Below, one piece after another: positions 48,037 to 57,853 of a stretch of DNA of 64,000 bases. The stretch is from an uncultured Acidobacteriaceae bacterium (GTDB lineage: Bacteria > Acidobacteriota > Terriglobia > Terriglobales > Acidobacteriaceae). How positions within the stretch are numbered: the stretch's first letter is position 1; each line of letters begins with the position of its first letter. The stretch is from NCBI GenBank assembly GCA_963832765.1, contig CAWHVI010000017.1, forward strand, positions 17,900 through 81,899, read 5' to 3'. Below the pieces are notes generated by a model. The model searched no databases and was not told the origin of the DNA. It was given only the letters and a program-made list of their open reading frames with translations. Position numbers and translations under genes: made by a program.

Positions 48037-48807
48037 CTACTCCAGTACGCTGTCGTCCATTTTCTTTCTTCCCCAATCTTCGGCGGCCTGCACGAAGGCC
48101 AGAATGAGGGGATGCGGACTATCCGGTTTGGAGGAGAGCTGTGGCTGGAACAAGGTAGCTACAAAGAATTTATGTGTCGGTGACTCGATGGCGCGAATCT
48201 CCCCGCGCGGGCCGCGGGCGACAACCGGAAAGCCAGCCTCAATGGCGGCCCATTCGTACTCCGGGTTCACCTCGAAATTACAGAAGAATTCCTCGGCCAC
48301 TTTTTCCTGACCGTAAAACGATTGCAGATAAGATCCGGGGCGCAAACGAATTTCAGGCAATATTCCCGAGAGTTTTGGAGAACCTGGGGCACGGTCCGGA
48401 ACCGCGCACTCCACCGGGCGAATCACCACGTTCTTGGAATCGGAATGGTTCTCCGCGGAATCGGCGTCTTTGATGCCCAGAACATTGCGGACCAGTTCGA
48501 TGAATGCGTGCTGAAAACCGCCGCAGGTTCCAAGAAAGGGCCAGTCGCATTCGCGCGCGAACTCAATGCCTTTCAACATTCCCTCGAAACTCGCATAGGG
48601 GCTTCCAGGAGAAGCCCAGATCCCGTCAAAGGTCGACAGCCGTTTCCTCACGTCCGAACCGAGAAGGGAGGGCGTAGGAACCCATTCCGGCTGCAGAACC
48701 AGGTTCAGCTTCCTGGCGGCGTGCTGTAAAGAGGCCTCCGTTGCATGATGAGAGCGGAACGCGGGGTTGAAATCGCCGAGGATGCCGACGCGAACCGCCT
48801 CTTTCAT
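48037..48807 (-). CDS. Stand-alone CTP-synthase-type class I glutamine amidotransferase-like protein with a degenerate triad
   Basis: GTCGGFQ nucleophile elbow. The C-terminus HKFFVATLFQPQLSSKPDSPHPLILAFVQAA aligns to E. coli PyrG [31 protein letters not shown] with Gln at both the His and Glu positions. Confidence 0.7.
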   Translation of the reverse strand: MKEAVRVGILGDFNPAFRSHHATEASLQHAARKLNLVLQPEWVPTPSLLGSDVRKRLSTFDGIWASPGSPYASFEGMLKGIEFARECDWPFLGTCGGFQHAFIELVRNVLGIKDADSAENHSDSKNVVIRPVECAVPDRAPGSPKLSGILPEIRLRPGSYLQSFYGQEKVAEEFFCNFEVNPEYEWAAIEAGFPVVARGPRGEIRAIESPTHKFFVATLFQPQLSSKPDSPHPLILAFVQAAEDWGRKKMDDSVLE

Positions 48808-48972
48808 CCCGCCATTCTAACCGAGGGCTTGGCGGCCGGTTCGTGTCATTGTGGGACTCCGCAAGCTTCCAGACGGGTGACTTTGGTCACCCACTAGTTC
48901 CTTACCGCATTGCGGCGTCCGAGCCGGGCACCCTAAAATTTCTAGTGAGTTAGCACGTCTACCTGACCCTTC

Positions 48973-51537
48973 ATGCCGGAAACAAATCATCACGACCGCG
49001 CCGAAGCCGCCAAACTCGTGGAGCAGGCGGAGAAGCTGCTGCAAAAAGGCAAAACCGCCGAAGCCCTGGACACCTATCTTCGTGTACTGGCTGTGGATCT
49101 TGCCAATGACGCTGCCCGCCAAATGGCGGCCGACCTCTGCCTTTCCATGCAACGGGTTCCCGAAGCGGTAAACTTGCTGGGGGAGATGTTCGAACGCCAG
49201 ATTCAGGCCGGTGATGCCACCCGGGCCAGCCTGACCTACAAGAAATTGTGCCGCTATGCCAAGCCCACCTGGGAACAGCGGCTGCGCTTTGGTCAGCTAC
49301 TGGAAAGTTCCAACCGGAAGTTGGCTGCGGAGACCTACGAAACCGTCATTGAAGAGCTGGTCAAGCTGGGCGACAAATCCAATGCACTCGGTGTGCTGAA
49401 GCTGGTCGTGGGTCTGGACCCCGGAGAAAAGAATCTGATCCGGCTGGGCGAGCTTTCCTCGCAAGTGGGAGACAGCAACGGAGCTGCAGCCGCATTTCTA
49501 CAGCTCGGTCAATTGGCAGAGGCGCAGGCTCGGGACGCAAGCCCGTATTTTGAGCGTGCCTACGCCGAAAATTCCAGAGATGAAACGATTGCGTTGGCTT
49601 ACGGCAAAAGCCTGCTGGCGCAAGGCCAGGCAGGGGCGGCGATTTTCGTCTTCGAGCCGCACTTGAATGCGGCGCCTGACTCGCAGGAAATGCGCGAGAA
49701 CTATGGCAAAGCGTTGCTCATGGCTGGTCGCCTGACTGAATCCGAACCCTATCTATGGGAGGTCTTCGAGCAGAATCCTTCGCGGCTGCAGGAAGTCTCC
49801 AATCTGATCGGTCTGTTCATTGATGCAAAGCAGGATGCCGAAGCGGTGGCTTTGGCTCGCAAGCTGGAGCAGGTGCAGCGTCGCCGGGGTGACCGGAAAT
49901 CCTTCGCTGCCATGATGCAGGACCTGGCTGCCGGCCACCGTGCCTCGCCCGACGTCCTGGAATACATGAGCGAAGTGTTCAACGCGGCCAATCGCGAGAC
50001 GGACTACGCGGAGACCTTGCTCAAGCTGTTTGACCTTTACTGCGGTCTGGGGAACTATAACAAGGCAGCCGACTGCCTCGACCGGGCGGCGGAGGTAGAC
50101 GCCTATGAGCCCGGCCATCAGAAGCGCCTGGAGTTGCTGCGCGGGAAGATTGATGAGAACCGCTACAAGGTGATCGCCTCGCGGTTCACGGGTTTGGGGA
50201 AATCTTCACCCGAACCGGTACACGCCGGGACGCAGCCAGTAATGGGAGCGGCGGCCTTGCAGGATCTCATCCTGCAGGCGGAAATTCTGGTGCAGTACGG
50301 TATGCGTGCCAAGGCGCTCGAGCGGGTGCAGCGCATCCAGGAGCTTTTCCCCGGCGAGGAACAGCGTAATGAAGATCTGCAGCGGCTGTACTTAGCCGTG
50401 GGACTCGTGCCGAAGTATGTGCCGGCGCCCCCTCCAAAGGAACCGGCTGTGGCTGCACCTCAACCTGCTCCCACGGTTGCGCCGCCTTCTGAAATGGCGG
50501 ATGTCAGCAGCTTGACCCGCGTCACCGAAATCTCCCGCAAGCTCAACCGGCAAAATACTGCGGACGCGGTGATGACGACGGCGGTCAGCGAAATTGGTGC
50601 GCAATGGAGCGTAAGCCGGTGCATTCTGGCGCTACGCAAGCCGGGACTCGCGCCGGCTGCCCTCACTGAATATTGTGCGCCTGAACTACAGCCTGGAATC
50701 CCAAGTGTTCGAGAACAAATCGTGGCTGCGGTCCAGGACCAGGCGATTCGCAAGGGAGCGCTAATCCTGCCCGACTTGCGGGTCACCACCGAGTTCGCGG
50801 AAATCTGTGAAGCTCTGAATGGCCTGGAAACCGACGCCCTGCTGGCCCTTCCGCTTAGTGACGGGAAAGATCAAATGGGGGTTCTCGTCCTGCTGCACAA
50901 TGCTCCCCGCGTCTGGCATTCCAGCGATGTGATGGTGCTGCGCACGATCTGCGAGCAAATCGTGACTGCCCTGCACAATGCCGGCCTTCGGCGACTAGTA
51001 AGAAACCTTTCCGTAACCGACGAGGGCTCGGGCCTGCTGAAACGCGCCTCTTACCTCGATCTTTTGATGGGAGAGGCGCGACGCTCGCTCCAGCAGAAGA
51101 CGCCCTTGACAGTAGCTCTGTTGCAGTTTGGCAAAGCGACAGCTCTGGTCAGGGAGTTTGGCGAATCCGCCGTCGAAGCGGCCCTGCAGCAGCTTGCCCA
51201 CGTTTGCACCGCCAACATCCGGCAAAATGATCTGGCATTTCGGTATGACACCACGACCATCGCTCTGGTGCTGGGCCAGGTCGGAGAAAAGGGAGCGCTG
51301 TCTGCGGTGAATCATCTGCGCCAACTGACAGAGTCGGTGCGGCTTCCCGGACGTGACGAAGCCATCCCATTCAACTGCGGTGTCGCCGAAGCCGCAGTCC
51401 GTCCGGAATTCGATCCTGCAGATATCGTCACTGAGGTCATCAACCGTGCGGAACAGGCGCTGGAGGAGGCTGCGGTGCAAGGTCCGGGGGAAGTGGTCGC
51501 TCTGGAAGCTTTGTATGCGGCTGCAGCCGTGGCATAG
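48973..51537 (+). CDS. TPR repeats, GAF domain and a degenerate GGDEF domain
   Basis: N-terminal TPR-like helices and a central GAF-like region. The C-terminal domain aligns to GGDEF but reads AFRYDTTTIALVL at the GGDEF site and LLQFGK at the metal-Asp site. Confidence 0.7.
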   Translation: MPETNHHDRAEAAKLVEQAEKLLQKGKTAEALDTYLRVLAVDLANDAARQMAADLCLSMQRVPEAVNLLGEMFERQIQAGDATRASLTYKKLCRYAKPTWEQRLRFGQLLESSNRKLAAETYETVIEELVKLGDKSNALGVLKLVVGLDPGEKNLIRLGELSSQVGDSNGAAAAFLQLGQLAEAQARDASPYFERAYAENSRDETIALAYGKSLLAQGQAGAAIFVFEPHLNAAPDSQEMRENYGKALLMAGRLTESEPYLWEVFEQNPSRLQEVSNLIGLFIDAKQDAEAVALARKLEQVQRRRGDRKSFAAMMQDLAAGHRASPDVLEYMSEVFNAANRETDYAETLLKLFDLYCGLGNYNKAADCLDRAAEVDAYEPGHQKRLELLRGKIDENRYKVIASRFTGLGKSSPEPVHAGTQPVMGAAALQDLILQAEILVQYGMRAKALERVQRIQELFPGEEQRNEDLQRLYLAVGLVPKYVPAPPPKEPAVAAPQPAPTVAPPSEMADVSSLTRVTEISRKLNRQNTADAVMTTAVSEIGAQWSVSRCILALRKPGLAPAALTEYCAPELQPGIPSVREQIVAAVQDQAIRKGALILPDLRVTTEFAEICEALNGLETDALLALPLSDGKDQMGVLVLLHNAPRVWHSSDVMVLRTICEQIVTALHNAGLRRLVRNLSVTDEGSGLLKRASYLDLLMGEARRSLQQKTPLTVALLQFGKATALVREFGESAVEAALQQLAHVCTANIRQNDLAFRYDTTTIALVLGQVGEKGALSAVNHLRQLTESVRLPGRDEAIPFNCGVAEAAVRPEFDPADIVTEVINRAEQALEEAAVQGPGEVVALEALYAAAAVA

Positions 51538-51721
51538 GATTCGAGTACAACCCCTCCTTCGGATTTAGCGCGATCAACGCCGCTTTCGAATAACTGCCTG
51601 ATTCATTTCCTTGACTAGACCGGTTTCGCAAACGATCTGCTCCGGTGTACCCTAGCAACAACTTCGATTCTCATGAAGGTAACGGGGCGCATCAGACGGC
51701 AACATTTACGAATTTGAAGCC

Positions 51722-52505
51722 ATGAACTTCGCCAACCTAATCCTCGAGAAGAAAGCGGCGACCGCCTACGTGACGGTCAACCGTCCCAAAGTGTTGAATG
51801 CTCTCAACGTCGCCACGGTCACCGAACTTGGCCAGGTTTTTTCTGAAATCCAGAAGGACGAGAGCACGCGCACCGTGATCCTCACGGGAGCAGGGGAGAA
51901 AGCCTTCGTGGCTGGGGCAGACATCAGTGAACTGGCTGATCTGGACGAGGCCAGCGGGAAGGAATTTGCCCGGAGCGGACAGGCAGTATTCGATCAGATC
52001 GAGAATCTGGGCAAGCCGGTAATCGCCTGCGTGAACGGTTTTGCACTCGGGGGTGGCTGCGAACTGGCCATGGCTTGCACCATGCGCCTGGCCAGCGAAA
52101 ATGCGAAGTTTGGCCAGCCGGAAGTGAAGTTGGGAATCATCCCGGGCTATGGCGGGACGCAGCGCTTGCCGCGTCTGGTGGGTAAGGGCATGGCATTGCA
52201 GCTATTGCTGACCGGCGAGATTATTACTGCGCAGGAGGCGCTGCGGATCGGGCCTGGTGAACGAAGTTACCTCTTCAGCCGACTTGATTTCTCGGGCAGA
52301 AGCGATCGCACAAAAAATTCTTGCCAATGGACCCGTTGCTGTGCAGCGTGTGCTGGAAGCGGCGAATCGTGGACTGGACATGACTCTGGCGGAGGGCCTG
52401 CAAATAGAGGCCGACTTGTTTGCCACCTGCTGCACCACGGCTGATAAGAAGGAAGGAACGACAGCTTTTCTGGAAAAGCGGACGCCGCAGTTCCACGGGG
52501 AATGA
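51722..52505 (+). pseudogene. Enoyl-CoA hydratase (crotonase family), split by a 1-nt insertion at 52250-52254
   Basis: ORF 51722-52444 loses crotonase similarity after EALRIG, and ORF 52257-52505 continues it as LVNEVTSSADLISRAEAIAQKIL...FLEKRTPQF. Removing one G or C from GGGCC restores the frame. Confidence 0.85.
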
Positions 52506-52594
52506 ATTCCATTGGCCGATTATCCGTGCGGACCGGTCCGGCTTCTTCTATGATGTTCCCTGATTATTCGTGTCATCGGTCGCACCAAAGTTTC

Positions 52595-53191
52595 ATGAAA
52601 AAACATAGTGTTGTGAAAGCAACACAGCGGAAACCTAAGTCGTCTGTCAGAACATTGGAAGGGAAGCTGACTGCCGCCGGAGCCCGCTTCGGCGTCGTAG
52701 TATCCCGCTTTAACTCGTTCATTACCGAACGACTTCTGCAGGGAACGTGGGACGGGCTTTTGCGGGCCGGCTCCGAAGAGGCAGATATTTACATCGTTCG
52801 CGTTCCCGGAGCTTTTGAAATTCCTTCCGCCGCCCGAACTCTGGCCGAGACGAAAAGGTATGACGCCATCATTTGCCTCGGCTGTTTGCTTCGCGGAGAC
52901 ACGGTGCATTACGACGTCATCGTGAACGAAGTCGCGCGCGGCATCGGCCAGTCCGCCCAGGAGACCGGGGTGCCGCATGCTTTCGGCGTGCTCACCTGCG
53001 AAACGCTGGAGCAGGCCATTGACCGTGCCGGACTGAAGATGGGCAACAAGGGATTCGAGGCCGCGCTGGCTGCGGTGGAGATGGCGAATCTGAAGAATGC
53101 AGTCGTTGGTCGTTCGTCGTTGGTCGTTGGCAAAACCAAGGCTCTGCGCCGCAAACCATTTCGCTCTGCAAATTCAAAAGCGAAACATTGA
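52595..53191 (+). CDS. ribH: 6,7-dimethyl-8-ribityllumazine synthase with a repeat-derived C-terminal tail
   Basis: LEGKL...FGVVVSRFN...VPGAFEIP...GNKGFEAALAAVEMANL is the canonical RibH. About 30 extra C-terminal residues are encoded by the GTCGTTGG repeat. An alternative in-frame TTG start at 52655 is possible. Confidence 0.85.
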   Translation: MKKHSVVKATQRKPKSSVRTLEGKLTAAGARFGVVVSRFNSFITERLLQGTWDGLLRAGSEEADIYIVRVPGAFEIPSAARTLAETKRYDAIICLGCLLRGDTVHYDVIVNEVARGIGQSAQETGVPHAFGVLTCETLEQAIDRAGLKMGNKGFEAALAAVEMANLKNAVVGRSSLVVGKTKALRRKPFRSANSKAKH

Positions 53192-53280
53192 AAATCTCCG
53201 CTACCATTTCATGAAGACTGTAAACTGAGTCTGCGGTTCACAAGTTCACAGCCACCGACCAAGGATCAAGGACCAAGGAC
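53101..53280 (+). repeat. Family-B-like inverted arms flanking the ribH stop
   Basis: AGTCGTTGGTCGTTCGTCGTTGGTCGTTGGC (53101-53131) and CCACCGACCAAGGATCAAGGACCAAGGAC (53252-53280) are largely complementary. Confidence 0.5.
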
Positions 53281-53286
53281 TGCTCC

Positions 53287-53715
53287 ATGGGCACCCGCCG
53301 CAAATCCCGCGAACTGGCGCTGCAGATGCTTTTTCAGCTCGATATGGGCAAGCAGCAGCCCGACGAAGTCCGCCGCACCTTCTGGAAGGAGCGCGATTCC
53401 ATTGGCCACGAGGAGCGCGGATTTGCCGAAGATTTATTTCGCCTGGCCAGCGACCGCTCCGGCGACATCGATGCTCTCATTGAGCGTCATGCCGAGCATT
53501 GGCGCATGGACCGCATGGCGGCAGTAGACCGTAATTTGCTGCGTGCTTCGGTGGCGGAACTGCTTGGCTATCCTTCTACGCCCCGGGCGGTGGTGATCAA
53601 CGAAGCCATCGAGATTGCACGAAAATTCTCCTCGCCGGAATCGGTGCAGTTCATCAACGGCGTGCTGGACAGCGTAGGGCGGGAACTGGAAAAGGCCCAG
53701 GTCCAGGACGTCTGA
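53287..53715 (+). CDS. nusB: Transcription antitermination factor NusB
   Basis: RRKSRELALQMLFQLD, and ribH-nusB synteny. Confidence 0.9.
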   Translation: MGTRRKSRELALQMLFQLDMGKQQPDEVRRTFWKERDSIGHEERGFAEDLFRLASDRSGDIDALIERHAEHWRMDRMAAVDRNLLRASVAELLGYPSTPRAVVINEAIEIARKFSSPESVQFINGVLDSVGRELEKAQVQDV

Positions 53716-53722
53716 GCATGTA

Positions 53723-56239
53723 TTAGGGCTGGACCGCAACCAAGTCAGGGTTGCAGGCAAAAGCGACGGTTCCGCTCCCCGTCTGGCCGCTGGCCGTCAC
53801 TCCGATGGCATTGCCAACGGTAAACGTTCCATTCCCTAGCGCCGCAATCGTAAAGGCTCCGTTGTTGCCGTTGTTGGACATCCCCGTGACGGTGATCCTG
53901 CGCCCAACCTGCAGTGCCGGACCGGAACTCAAGGTGTACGAGTAGACGGTGGTCGAGCCGCTTTGCGTCGCGCCTGTGATACTCACCACACTTTGCGTCG
54001 GGAACTCGACGTTACCGCACAGCCCGGCCTGCAACTGAGACGTATTCTGCTGGAACGAGATCTGCTGGAGATCGGCTCCGCCAGCGCGAGTGCTAAGAAA
54101 GTGAACCGTACCATCGCTCGCCCCGACGTAAAGTGCGGATCCGTCTGGAGTGGCCGAAGCCTGCAACGGCAATACGTTTCCCGTGAGTTGGATAGCCGAG
54201 GTTGCTCGCCCAGCCACGTTGAAGACTAAGACGCTCCCCGAGCTCTCCGTGAGTAAGTAGGTGGAGGAGCCATCGCTCGAGACAATAGCCTGGGTGGGGA
54301 CGAAGTTGCCCTGACCCAGATTTACAAAAGACGCTGAGTTACTAACCGCAGCCGGACAGGTGGTATGAATATTGCTTGCGGTCAACAGTTCGATGCCGGG
54401 CGATTCCACTCCCAGTATATGAATTCCGTCCGGAAGTGCCCTTAGATATTGAGGAACTCCCGTGGTTGCGACGCCCTGCACCATGGAGTCATCGCAGGTT
54501 CCTCGTACCATCGCACCTGCGGGATCGCCTCCCGCGAGGTAAGCAAAAGCCCCATTTGCAAGGAACGTCACATCCTTGATTGGCGAGCTCAGGGAGATGG
54601 TCTTCAGGGCGTCCAGCTTGGAATACACATACAATGTGCTGCCTGCAGCGATGTAGGCTTTTAATCCATCGGGTGAGAAAGCGGCCGCGGTAGCTCCGGA
54701 AATATTCAACGCGAGGTTGCTGTTGGTGGTGCAAGAGCCGCTACTTGCGGTGCTGGTCGCAGCTCCCGACGTGCAGGTGAAAACGTAAACCTTATTCGGG
54801 CTATCCACTGTGTTTGAAACGATGGCGGTGCCTCCATCCGGCGAGACCGCTAGCACCTTACCTGCCACCGGAGGATACTGCGACACTGCCTTGCTCGCGA
54901 CGCTTAATACCATGATGCCTCGCGTGCCCAGCTCTCCTGTATCTGTTCCCAGGTAAGCCATTGTGCCTTGCCGGTTAAATACCATTGAGTTCGGCGTCGC
55001 CGGTAACGAGATCAGTGAGCCCACCGTCGTTGCAGGAGCATTATTGGTGATCGCGGTTGACAGGAGAGCCAGTTCACTAATGCATCCGTCGGTGCCTTTG
55101 CAGCCGGTGGTGGTGACCCATGTCGTTGTTGCCGCCGCGGTCCCTGTCGTGGTGGATGCAGGAGGTCCGGCGACAACCGTGATCGGCTGCGGCGGATAGA
55201 CGGGATTGGAAGGGAACACATTGATGTTGCAGTTGGGCGGCGTGCAGGTAGCGATAATCGCGGCGCCCCCGCCGGAGGATGTGGCGGTCGCCGTAAAGTT
55301 GCTGCTTGATCCGGTAGCACAGTTCGCGGACCCGGTATTCACCGAAGCGAAGTCGGAGGAACACCACGTCAAGAACGTGCCTGATATGTTGTTTCCTCTG
55401 GTGTCGGTCACCGTCGCGGTGAGGGACGTGTTACTCCCGCGCGCGGGGAAAACCGTGTTATCTCCTCCATTGCTCGGGGCAAGTGTAATGGACTGAACCA
55501 GGCAGGTGTTGAAAGCAAAAGGTGTGCTCGACACACCGCTCACAGCCGCAACGATTGGAGTCGTGCCAGGCACATTGGCGGTAATTTTTGCTTGGCCGGG
55601 TAGCAGGCCATCCACCGGACTGCTGGTGGTAGCGGCAGTAATGCTGGCGACGTTCGCATTGCCGGCTTGCCATGTAAACGGACCTACCGAGTCCGTAATG
55701 TCCAGCCCGGGCGCAGGGCCCCCCTGGCGACTGTAAGCGGTGGCCTGGTAATTGAAGGTTTCCCCCTTGGAGAAGCAAGGATTAATCTGTCCCGGCTGCC
55801 CCGCTTGTGGAATAACTACCACAGAATCAATGTGTTGATGTACGTAGATCGTCGTGGGGGGGCTGCTGATCCCTTGCGCCACCGCCGTTACCGTGGCTAC
55901 GCCTACCGTACCCGGGGTGCAGACCGTGGGAGCGGTGAGCGAATTCCAGGAGCCGGCGCATGCCAGCCCAGTACTGCTGATGGTTAACACCGCCGGATTA
56001 CTTGACTGGAAGGAAATCGGCGTCGACAGCGTGCTGTTGGAATTATTGGTAGCGGAAGCTGAGAAGGCAGCCGTTTTGCCTATTTCCAGGGATCCCGTAG
56101 GAGTAGGCGTGAGCGTGACCTTGGTAGGAGTGGGGTAGGTGGTCACCGTAGAAACCGGGTTGCTGCTGCCACAGCCAGAGAAACATTCCACCAGTAATAG
56201 GAAAACGGCAACTCGTCCCAACCGAAGCAACCTACCCAT
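53723..56239 (-). CDS. Large surface lipoprotein with Ig-like (Big_2-type) repeats and beta-propeller-like repeats
   Basis: Lipobox FSGC. Thr/Ser/Gly/Ala-rich repeated beta modules, with YVTN/lactonase-like segments (SPDG..Y). Family call is tentative. Confidence 0.55.
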   Translation of the reverse strand: MGRLLRLGRVAVFLLLVECFSGCGSSNPVSTVTTYPTPTKVTLTPTPTGSLEIGKTAAFSASATNNSNSTLSTPISFQSSNPAVLTISSTGLACAGSWNSLTAPTVCTPGTVGVATVTAVAQGISSPPTTIYVHQHIDSVVVIPQAGQPGQINPCFSKGETFNYQATAYSRQGGPAPGLDITDSVGPFTWQAGNANVASITAATTSSPVDGLLPGQAKITANVPGTTPIVAAVSGVSSTPFAFNTCLVQSITLAPSNGGDNTVFPARGSNTSLTATVTDTRGNNISGTFLTWCSSDFASVNTGSANCATGSSSNFTATATSSGGGAAIIATCTPPNCNINVFPSNPVYPPQPITVVAGPPASTTTGTAAATTTWVTTTGCKGTDGCISELALLSTAITNNAPATTVGSLISLPATPNSMVFNRQGTMAYLGTDTGELGTRGIMVLSVASKAVSQYPPVAGKVLAVSPDGGTAIVSNTVDSPNKVYVFTCTSGAATSTASSGSCTTNSNLALNISGATAAAFSPDGLKAYIAAGSTLYVYSKLDALKTISLSSPIKDVTFLANGAFAYLAGGDPAGAMVRGTCDDSMVQGVATTGVPQYLRALPDGIHILGVESPGIELLTASNIHTTCPAAVSNSASFVNLGQGNFVPTQAIVSSDGSSTYLLTESSGSVLVFNVAGRATSAIQLTGNVLPLQASATPDGSALYVGASDGTVHFLSTRAGGADLQQISFQQNTSQLQAGLCGNVEFPTQSVVSITGATQSGSTTVYSYTLSSGPALQVGRRITVTGMSNNGNNGAFTIAALGNGTFTVGNAIGVTASGQTGSGTVAFACNPDLVAVQP

Positions 56240-56473
56240 GCACCCTCCCCGCCCGCTGTTTCCTCAGGAGGCGAGCACCCTTCTTCAACAAAACTGCCAG
56301 TGTAGAGGCTATTAATAGATTCATCAAGTTTAGGGGCGAATGAAATCGCACGCCGATCAGACCCCAACCGTATCGAGGCGCTGATCACGCCTACAGCGAA
56401 TACGGACGACCCTTTCTGCTTGAGGTGTGCGCCACCGTAATCGGCTTTGGCAATGGGATGCGCCAATGTACCG

Positions 56474-56503
56474 TTGACGATGTGTGAATGGTGTTGGTAT
56501 ATT
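56474..56503 (+). promoter_or_regulatory. Sigma70-like promoter candidate upstream of rpsL
   Basis: TTGACG, 18-nt spacer, TATATT. It lies about 420 nt upstream of the rpsL start. Confidence 0.3.
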
Positions 56504-56923
56504 TATAGGGTTCCGCGAGTACATTCTGGCTTGTCTGTAGTGCGTAGACTTTTCGGCTGCGCGCGTGAGCGTGCGGAAAGCCCGAAAAAGCGCAGCTAGC
56601 TTTTAGAAACACGTTTCCCGGAAACATTCGGAAGCGCCCTCGCTGAAACGCTTCGCGACAACCTCCCGCCCTGAAAAGCAAGTGGGAAGCTATGCGAAGC
56701 GAGGTGGACGAAACGGAGCATCTCCTGGCATTTGCCCGGCTTGATGCCACCGTCGTTCGCGTTAGTCTGAATCGAGAGTTTCCCGGCGCGAGTGCGTCGC
56801 GGGAAGTATGGCAGGTAATGACCCCTGCCAGCCCCTGAAATCAGGGAAATTTGAGAAGCGGCGGCTTTGCGCTTCCCTGCGGCGTGTTGCGCGCTGGAGA
56901 GAGCGGTCGAGGAGCAGATAACG

Positions 56924-57295
56924 GTGCCTACTTTTAATCAGTTGGTGCGGACGGGGCGGAAGCGCACGCGCTACAAGACCGCCAGCCCGGCGCTGCAGGC
57001 CTGTCCGCAGAAACGCGGAGTCTGTACGCGCGTGTATACGCAGACGCCCAAGAAGCCGAACTCTGCCTTGCGCAAAGTGGCTCGCGTGCGGCTTACCAAT
57101 GGCATTGAGGTTACAAGCTATATCCCCGGCGTTGGCCATAACCTGCAGGAGCATTCGATTGTGCTGGTGCGCGGGGGCCGCGTGAAGGATCTGCCCGGGG
57201 TGCGCTATCACGTGATTCGCGGCACCCTCGATTCGGTGGGTGTGGCGAACCGCAAGCAGGGCAGGTCGAAGTACGGAGCGAAAAGACCGAAATAG
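56924..57295 (+). CDS. rpsL: 30S ribosomal protein S12
   Basis: [12 protein letters not shown]...[19 protein letters not shown] start. Confidence 0.95.
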   Translation: MPTFNQLVRTGRKRTRYKTASPALQACPQKRGVCTRVYTQTPKKPNSALRKVARVRLTNGIEVTSYIPGVGHNLQEHSIVLVRGGRVKDLPGVRYHVIRGTLDSVGVANRKQGRSKYGAKRPK

Positions 57296-57298
57296 ATT

Positions 57299-57336
57299 GT
57301 GTGGAGACGGAGCTTGCTCCGTCCGGGCGGGCAAGT
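57299..57336 (+). repeat. Family-A element, variant copy
   Basis: GTGTGGAGACGGAGCTTGCTCCGTCCGGGCGGGCAAG. The hairpin GACGGAGC/GCTCCGTC starts 4 nt after the rpsL stop. Confidence 0.6.
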
Positions 57337-57379
57337 TCCAGTCCAGTCCAGCACAGCTCTAGCAGGAGCTAAAAGTTAA

Positions 57380-57850
<471 letters not shown>

Positions 57851-57853
57851 AAA

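Noticed and set aside
56391-56750. 119-aa minus-strand ORF in the rpsL upstream region
   Set aside because: It is Ser/Arg/Ala-rich with an implausible sequence, no RBS, and overlaps the promoter-like site. I treat the region as non-coding.
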